NCBI GenBank assembly: GCA_964036045.1
Contig: OZ038378.1
Location: 178,808,001 to 178,872,000 of the forward strand
Direction of reading: 5' to 3'
Length of the DNA: 64,000 nucleotides
Source of the DNA: Eutreptiella sp. 'Long Island Sound 2002'
Taxonomy: Eukaryota; Protista; Euglenida
A program made the translations under genes and the position numbers. The notes under the pieces are model-generated. The model was not told where the DNA came from and did no database searches. It saw nothing but the letters and a program-made list of their open reading frames with translations. Of this stretch, positions 56,289 through 64,000 are shown piece by piece (positions within the stretch are counted from its first letter, which is position 1; each line of letters starts with the position of its first letter).

Positions 56289-59200
56289 CTGCAGAGATAA
56301 CGGTATGTGATCTACAGTGCACATACCCCCCCCACCCACCCCCTCAGACAGGGGGTTTATGGCAAACACCCCTTCGGAGTTGGCCCCCGGGGAGGCAGTT
56401 CGGGCGGGCCCCACTGCAATCTACCCCCAAGGATCGGCTGAAAACTTCTGGGGGAGGTGGGGGCTGGCTGTTCTTGGGAAGTAGGGGGGGGGGGGGGCAG
56501 GTTGGAGATGGGTGGGCTGGGGCTGCCTGGAGGAGGGAGGAGGGCAAATGGCTGGGGCATGCATCTGAGACTCCGCACCACAAAATTCAGCAACGTGTTG
56601 TGGGTTAGGGTGAGGGTTCAGTTCTAGGTTAGGGTCACCGAGCTGGTGTACCCCCCATTCGGGTCATTAGGAGCCTAGATTGAGTATTGAAACCAAGCTG
56701 GCGAGGACTCAACATCGCGCACTATAAAGCACGCACTTCAGAGACAGCAAACTACGCACTTGATCCGTGCCCTGCCCCCCGTCCTTGTTTGTTTGTGCCC
56801 GTGTTTGCCTGCCCACACGTGGAGATGAATGCAATGTGTTGGTGCACCTAGGATCAAACAACAGGCCAAAGCTATAAAAGGGTAAATGTAGGCTCCAAAT
56901 AGGCCGGCCCACATTTTTTGCACAGCATGTCAAGTGGTCTAGGTTCACTTTTGGAGAAATGCATCTTTCAACCCTGTTTGTATCCTGAAATGGCGAGATT
57001 TTTTTGCGACGTTTGTGGGCCAAAATGGGTAACCGCGGGCAGAAAACACCTCTTTGAACACCCCTAAGTTTCAAGGATCAACTTGGGCAAAATGTGTTTT
57101 TGACCCCTTTTGGACCCTTTTTTGGTCTTAAATTGGCTGTAGTTCCACTCGTAGGTATCATCCGGCAAAATTCCGGCTAAATCCGAACCATCACAACAGA
57201 GTTTTTTCCCATTTTGTGCATGCTTGCTACTGCTGCTGCTGCTACAAAGGGTAGCTCCACCCGCCTACCACGCCAACCGTGGGATTAGGGGTCAGTGGCA
57301 GGCTTGTGGGGGAAGCAAAGCGGAACGGAGAAAGTCCAAAACGCAAGCCAATTTTTCCCTCGCTATGTACCAAGCGTGGTGTTCGCCGAGCCTGACCTCA
57401 ACATAGACCAACTCAGCTATCCTGAACATGCATGTTGAAATGTGACGTGTGCTTGAGATGTGTCTCTTCTGCCGTATCAACATTCCACATTAAATCCCGA
57501 GCATTTTGACAAGACACAAGTGTGACAAAGCAGAAAATTTATCCCTGCTGTACAGATGCAGAACAAACTGCTGGCACCATTGATACCTCGACTACCATCT
57601 GTCGAAACCGGCCCGGAAGGCGGGAGGGGAGGGGGGAAGGGGAAAAGGGGGGGAAGGGGGGGCTGAGGGGGACCGCATACACGGACTGGGCCCAGCCCCT
57701 GCCCCCATGGGATCCAGGGCGTCTCTGGAATTGGATTGCATATCACGTCGGTTCAAAGCCCTGACCCCCATCCCGCACCTCTGTACTGCCCGTGTCCAAG
57801 CTACGCCTTGTCCAAGCTACACTACCCAAAGAGATATAATATGTTTTGCAACAAAATTGCTTTGGTACCAATATTGGTGTCGCCATCAGAGGCCAGTTTC
57901 GTGTGGAACTCTCCCAATTGGCTGGATGTCGACTGTGTTTCACGGATCTGGCAAGCGCACTCGCGCGCTGGCCCCGTGGGCGCATGCGCAGGGGCCCTGT
58001 CAACCGCACGTGCCTGTCAGGACGTATTGCAAGGTCACGCAGATTCGGCGTCCTTCATGCAACCTGCGTGTCCCCCCCCTGCCCAGGTCCCTCCGCCCGT
58101 GCGCTTGCGGGGTCTTTGCACACATCGGCCCTTCACGCAAAACACTCCACAGGATCCACAGAGGCCTTGGAAGCAGTGGGCAGGGGCATACAGGGACTGC
58201 GGTGCGCCATTGGACTGGTGCGTGGCATACGCCTGCGTGGGAGACGCTGGCATGGCTTTGGGGGCTGCGGCGGGCTGCACGTAGGGAACGTCCACAACTG
58301 GGCTTGGGGCAGTGCTGGGCTGTACGACCGGCACCGCCACAGCTTGGGCTGCAGCGGCTGTGGCGTAGTTGCCTCTGCAATTTATTTCATTTTCGGCCTA
58401 AGGACAGGAATCAGGGAATGCGACACCAACAAAGGCACTGCGGGGACACGGGCGCACTGCATACGGCCTGTTGTATGCAGCCGGGGAATTCACCTCCTGC
58501 AACACCCTTTCGCGAGGATCTTCCCCTACGCTCGACCACCGCAGGTTAGCCCACTGAATTTTTGCGTGATGAAGGTATTGGCGCCCAGCGCAAGGTGCCA
58601 AGGTCGCCTGTGCAGCCCTAAGGCATCCAGCAGTACTGGTCTCCTGCTGCTGCCGTCGTCGTCGCTTTCTCGCCGTCACCATTGTTGTTGTTCTCCCAGC
58701 CCAATGGTCAGCCAACCCACTGTGGGCCGACAGCACTTGTGCACATCTGATAGGAAAATCGACCACAACTCCTCCAAGCAGCTACGGTTGCTACTAGCTG
58801 TAGGTAGAGGAAGAGTACCCGAGCGCAGGCCTCTCTCTCCCTCTACATTTGGGTGAGGGGCGGGCCTTTGCATAGTGGAGTGTTCACGTTGGGGGGGTGC
58901 CTGAATTTCTCGAGAAAGTGGGCGCCTCCTTCAGTTGGGGCCTGCCCCAGCCCCAGGCGTTAGGTCCTTCAACATCCAAATGTGGTATCCAGTGATTAAA
59001 ACACTGTTCACTGCGCAGATGGGTCGCAGGTGCACCCTTACTCCACAGCCAACTCTGACACCGAGAGCATCTCTACCAATCCCACTTCCTCCCACTTCTG
59101 CACCTTCCTTGGCCGGTTTGATAGGTCATTATGGGGGAGCGTGTACAAGCCTGGTCAGCCAACTCATCCACGTGGTGATTGCCCTCCACATCCAAATGTG

Positions 59201-61664
59201 AAGGAAACCAGGGATGAGCACCGAATCCCCAGCCACCGCCCCTCTCCATCATCAAAACTGCCTCTGTGCCCCACCTCCCGACTTGAGGCACCCCAGTCAT
59301 GGAGCTGCCACTAGGGGGACCACTCGACGATCCCCCTGTACCCCTGTCTGAAACGCATTCTGCATGAGATATGCAGCAGAAGATAAGAGTGCACTGTCAC
59401 ACTGTTCGATGTTGAACAAAGGTTCTTCGCAGGAACGATGATGAACAATGCATCGGCGGCAGCGAAGGTGATCATGAAATGTCACACATTGGAAGGTGTG
59501 CAAGTATTGTGGCACACAGCAAACTGGGGCGTATTGCAGCACCATAGGCTTTTCCCATGCTGTTTGGCTGGGGCATTCAAGGACAGCGCGTTTAGACTGG
59601 GGCATTGAAGAACAACAAGCATGCACTGTACCGCAAGTTGCCAGCACACATGGCTGCAACACCATTGGAAATGCTTTGTACTGCTTGCAAGGCAACCATC
59701 CAGTCATTTCGACAATCCATTTTGACCATTACCAGTGAGTTCCAACAATTGCTCAGTCTGCTGGAGCGTGGTCGGATACGTAGTATGGCCATGGCATTCA
59801 GCACAAGGTTGAGCCCAAAACATGCATTTCCATAGAAAACATGATGGTTCCGTGGAGACTGCACGTGACACAAATGGAATGGTCCACCCTGTGGGGCCTT
59901 GTCCCAGAGGGTGCTGATAGCAAGCAAATGCCCCAGACATACACAGGGAAAGTGCTTGCATGTAAACCGGGGAGGTGTTGCATGGGCACATGGGTCCTGT
60001 TCGGTTCGTTGCAGCCGTCAGACAGTATCCAAGCGTCCTGTGTGCCTCCGCTTGTTTGCCCATCAAGTGAAGATGCACCATGACACTGACACCCGTGAAG
60101 TCCCCAGTGAGGAGTAGTTGCAGTTCAGTATGGATGCGAGTGACAGGGCAAGGGGAAGGGCTGATGTGCTGCTAGGCTGATGTTTGGACTGTGGTGCAGA
60201 CATGAGTCAGCCCAGGAGGTGGAAACACGGATGGCTAATCAAGAGTGTAGGTGGAAGCCAGACTTGCTTACAACTGCTCGAACCTATGCCGGCACCTGAA
60301 TGCACCTTCCTGACCATTGTGTGGACCATATCCGTCGCCACAAGCACTCCGCTTGCCTAATTTTCCAGATAGGCATCATCGATGGTCTCGGTGGTCTACC
60401 TGCCCTAACCTACCATAAACTGTTTGCGAAAGAATCGGGAAGAGCCTGTGACCGCATGGAGCAAGTCAACAGATGCTTTACTAGGGTCTGTGTTTGGACT
60501 GCTCCATCAAGAACTCAGGGGCACATGCAATCACAACCAGCGTCATGCAGCCGGCAAGTGTCACCTGGCCCACCAATTCCCAGTGCCATGAATCTGCAGT
60601 TGACCTCTATGTGCACTGCTTCAGCTACCACTGCGGATCACCCAGTATCCAAACCCATGGACCAGCAGGCATGCAATGGTCAGCCAAAGCTTGCTAACCA
60701 AGATTCATCTCACCAAGAACCCCTACCAAAAGGTTATTCACCTTATTGGCGTCCAAGTGAATGACTCACCTGATGAATCAGAAGGCCGCCTGTGTTGCGT
60801 CCTTGTGTCAATGCCGATGCGCTGTTGTGGGGCCGATAGGCCGTGCCATTGGTTTCATGATTTACCCTCTCACCCTTGTGCGCACCCTCTCACATGTTGC
60901 ACATTTCGAGGAAAAATGTGGACGGGGTTTCTGACCTCCGCCTTGCGGATCCATGTGCAAACAGAACAAATGAAACACCTTTCCCCCCGCTCGCTGTTTA
61001 CCTCCCGGGCACGGCTCCCGAACTCCGCTAACTAACCAACCAGTGATTCGGACATCAATGGGCCCTTGGTTTGCGCCATACTCAACACGTAGCCAACTAC
61101 AACAGCGGTGCAGCCTCGCACTGCTAGCAAACCAATGGGCTCCGAAAGGACACCATAGCAGGGCGTCTGACGAAGCTAATTGGGCTAGCCAGCCCAGTTC
61201 CCTCTTATTGGAGGCATATTGCCACCCTGTCCTGTCCCTGCTCCCGTGCAGATGAAGCAGGACAGAGAGAATGACCGCGTGTGTGTGTGCGCGCGCGTGC
61301 GTGCGTGCGTGCGTGGGTCGTATCACGGAGGGCACGTGCCTATTAAGGTCCTCGACGCCCTTGTGAAAGGACGGTCCCGGAAGTTAGCAGGTTAGGGCTA
61401 GCTGAGCACCTGCTGCATCCCTCCCCTTCCCTTCGTAGTACTTGTATTATGTGCTCTTCGTATTACAGAGGGCACCTGCCTTTTAAAGTCCCAGTCGGGC
61501 TCTCTCGTATTACGGAGGGAGTCTCCAACAGGCTGGCGCTCCAAGGGGGGGCGGGTCCAATGCAATCCACTGTGTGTGGGCCGCAATTGGTCAGGTGTGG
61601 ACCCGCCACTGTCGCTCCAGCCGCGCCTGCCCCACGGTGTGTGCGCACGCGCGTGCGCGCATAC

Positions 61665-61930
61665 CTCATCATAGAGCTGTTTCAGAGCCGCTGTCTCTTT
61701 TTGGATTTCCCGGATCTGCTGCTCAATGCTGTCCTGCTCCATGGCTTTGGACAGCATTGGAAAGTTCGACGCAGACTGCCCCCACAACAGGTCGGTGTGA
61801 GGGCGCGTGCCTGCCTTGGGGGTGCTCCGCAGCGAGCCACTGCGGATGATGGAGTTTCTTCGGGAGCCGATCCCGAGGGACGTGTCCAAAAGGTCCATCT
61901 GGGCCTCGTGTAGGTCGGCGTAGGGGTTGT
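61665..61930 (-). CDS. SAM-domain protein, exon with a coiled-coil-like segment
   Basis: cttccacacag|AC, phase 1, matches the previous donor. SIEQQIREIQKETAALKQLYDE. Donor GAG|gtatgc. Confidence 0.75.
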
Positions 61931-62722
61931 CTGTGTGGAAGCGGGGCAACCAAAAAAACACGGGTTTGGTTTGGGTTTACATTATGATTTACAAACCCGA
62001 AGGGATCGGCATCGGGGTCAAGAGCGCCGTGAGTGGGAAGCAAAATGGCAACGGCTGTGGACCCCCAGGCTGTACCTGAGCCCAGCAGCTCGAGCCACGC
62101 CGCAAACAACACCTGGATGCTGGCCCACCAGAGCCCCATCAGAGAGCCTGGGAACACTGGAAGCGGTTGGAGAAGGCAGTTTTCAGGCCCCCATTCCGCA
62201 CCGTTGCCCACTGCCTCATGTGCAGCTCAAAAGGCCTAGCGTAGGTTTACGGGATGCGGCAGGGCAAGCGGCTACATAACCACTGCCATCCCCCCCCCCC
62301 CCCCGGAGCAAAGAGGCACTGGGAGAAGTATTTTAAACAAGTGTGCAGCAACTGCTCGACTGCCCACAGGTGCTGCTTCTGCCCCTTATCGTCCCTCCGA
62401 GGCCGGCGCCGGCATGCTTATAATCAGTCGTTCCCATGCCAGTGAAGTTTGGAGGGTGCTCGGCACCACATCTGATGTGGCAAATGTCACACACAGGTGG
62501 GGGGGCTGGGGGCACTGTGGCAATGCCATGTCTCCACAGTCTGGCAGTCCCACAGTGCCACAGCCCCACAGTACCACAGGTGCAGAGCAGTCCCACAGTC
62601 CCACAATTTCACACTCCCAGAATTCCACGCCTACATAGTCCCACAGTGCCACACCTCCGCCCTGGGACTTGGGGGTGGGGATGTTGGATCGTGGCACTAT
62701 GGCACTGTGGTTCAGGGCGCAC

Positions 62723-62957
62723 CTGCAAATGTGTCGAGGGGAGGCTTCTTGGCCGGCTCAAAGGTATGGAGGGCAGCCTCGAGTGGGTCCTGGGATATGT
62801 CGGAAATATCCGGATTCACGGCGTCCCGCAACAAATGAGGTGCATGGATCCGCAAGTCCTTTTCTCGTAATGCCTGGATCAAGCCCCAGAGCTGGTTCTG
62901 GTCTGCAGGGCTGGCGATGTCGAGCTCGTCGCACAAGTCCGAAAACTGCAAATCCAC
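62723..62957 (-). CDS. SAM-domain protein, exon (C-half of SAM)
   Basis: ttttgcag|GTG. VDLQFSDLCDELDIASPADQNQLWGLIQAL completes the SAM fold. Donor GCA G|gtgcgc, phase 1. Confidence 0.85.
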
Positions 62958-63434
62958 CTGCAAAAGGTAGCACCACAGAACTCCAATGGGCGTTGAGGAC
63001 GTTGCGATGCCACGTAGGCCAGAGAAGAATGACAGGGGAGGTGATGTGGGCACGCACAAAAGCGAACCCCGGAGCACTCTACCACAACCCCCAGGTACTC
63101 AGAACAAAGTGTTGGGCTCGTAGCACTGGCCGACCAGAGACTGCTGTTGGTAACAGACCACCGGCGTTGGTTGTCCATCATCCGCTGTCGTCGATTGACC
63201 GTCAATCTCCGTCGGTCGGTTCACCAGAATCCTGCCATGCAAAACCTCAGCTGTCTTACGATAATCCTCGGAGGATAGGAGGCACCTCTGACATTCCCCA
63301 GCCCACCGTCCCCCTCCCCCACTCAGCACAATTGCAAAACAGCATGCGCCATTCCCTTTTGTTCTGTTGCTGCACCCCCGTTTGTTGGTCAACACCATCG
63401 ATATGGCAAGCTCCACGGCGCGCACAATGCATAC

Positions 63435-63533
63435 CAACGCTCGTCCGTCCACTTGCTGCTCACGGAATATCGTCGCGTAGTTGCCCATGCCCTCTTGCGT
63501 GATCCACTTGCATACGTGCTCGGTGGTCCACTC
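63435..63533 (-). CDS. SAM-domain protein, exon (N-half of SAM)
   Basis: tcag|GAG TGG. EWTTEHVCKWITQEGMGNYATIFREQQVDGRAL. Donor TTG|gtatgc. Confidence 0.85.
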
Positions 63534-64000
63534 CTGACATGCGGTGGAAGATTGCATGTGGTAAGGGCGCTCAAGGCTTCTCCCACGGGGCAGGGTACAT
63601 ATGCACCAAAATTCTGCTTCCGTGGATAATGTTCAATGAGGCGAAACGCCCAATAAACAGGTGTTGAGTGTTGAGCTGATGGAGGTCTGGGCCCTAGGCA
63701 CGACGAAGGCCACCGGCACTTACTGTGTCGCCATCGACAAATGTGCTCGCGGATGCAACAAAACATGTGTTCTCTGTGAGATTAATACCTCCAGTCACAA
63801 AATCTTAAGAGCAACTTTGGGGACTGATTTCCATCCAAGCATCATGAACACCTCCCAAACATCATTTGACAATAAGTGACGGGAACGAACACGAAGTGCA
63901 AAGGATCCGTTTACTTGTGGGCCCAAGTATAACTGCTGCCATTAATTGTGGCGGACACCTCTCTTCAGTCTCCGTGTCAGAACACAGTGCCTTGGTAAAA

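Noticed and set aside
52258-56637. TTAGGG-like motifs at about 52258-52268 and 56603-56637
   Set aside because: Only 1-3 degenerate units each; too short to call telomeric or element termini.
1-64000. Fanzor/TnpB, intact RT, polinton/viral genes, SL-RNA or 5S genes
   Set aside because: I recognised no RuvC plus zinc-finger, capsid, pPolB, SL or 5S signatures by eye. A profile search would be needed to exclude highly diverged copies.

Overview
Repeat-dense eukaryotic nuclear DNA with spliceosomal GT-AG introns and many poly-G/poly-C tracts. All four recognisable host genes are on the minus strand. (1) A ~35-kb STRIP1/FAM40/Far11 (STRIPAK) homolog at 37676->3027, which I rebuilt by hand into 13-15 phase-compatible exons. 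(2) A GlcG/HbpS (DUF336) heme-binding domain nested in its largest intron, which could be spliced in frame to the STRIP N-terminus. (3) An intronless Rab geranylgeranyltransferase beta subunit. (4) A multi-exon SAM-domain protein. Just upstream of STRIP is a complete hAT DNA transposon at 38064-43436, with a 15-bp TIR CAGGGCTGTCCTTAA and an 8-bp TSD GGCAAAGA. Its transposase has a zinc finger split by a frameshift and a C-terminal SAP-like domain, and the element carries a 2.8-kb homogeneous array of an 85-bp unit. The introns contain TA-flanked pogo-like MITEs (one keeps a PIP-box tail), PIF/Harbinger DDE fragments, tRNA-like SINE heads, foldback elements and several unidentified dispersed repeats. 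Co-oriented genes with AG acceptors just before the ATG suggest a trans-splicing, euglenozoan-like host (inference only). I found no CRISPR, rRNA, intact tRNA or Fanzor/TnpB. All homology calls come from motif recognition, not database searches.
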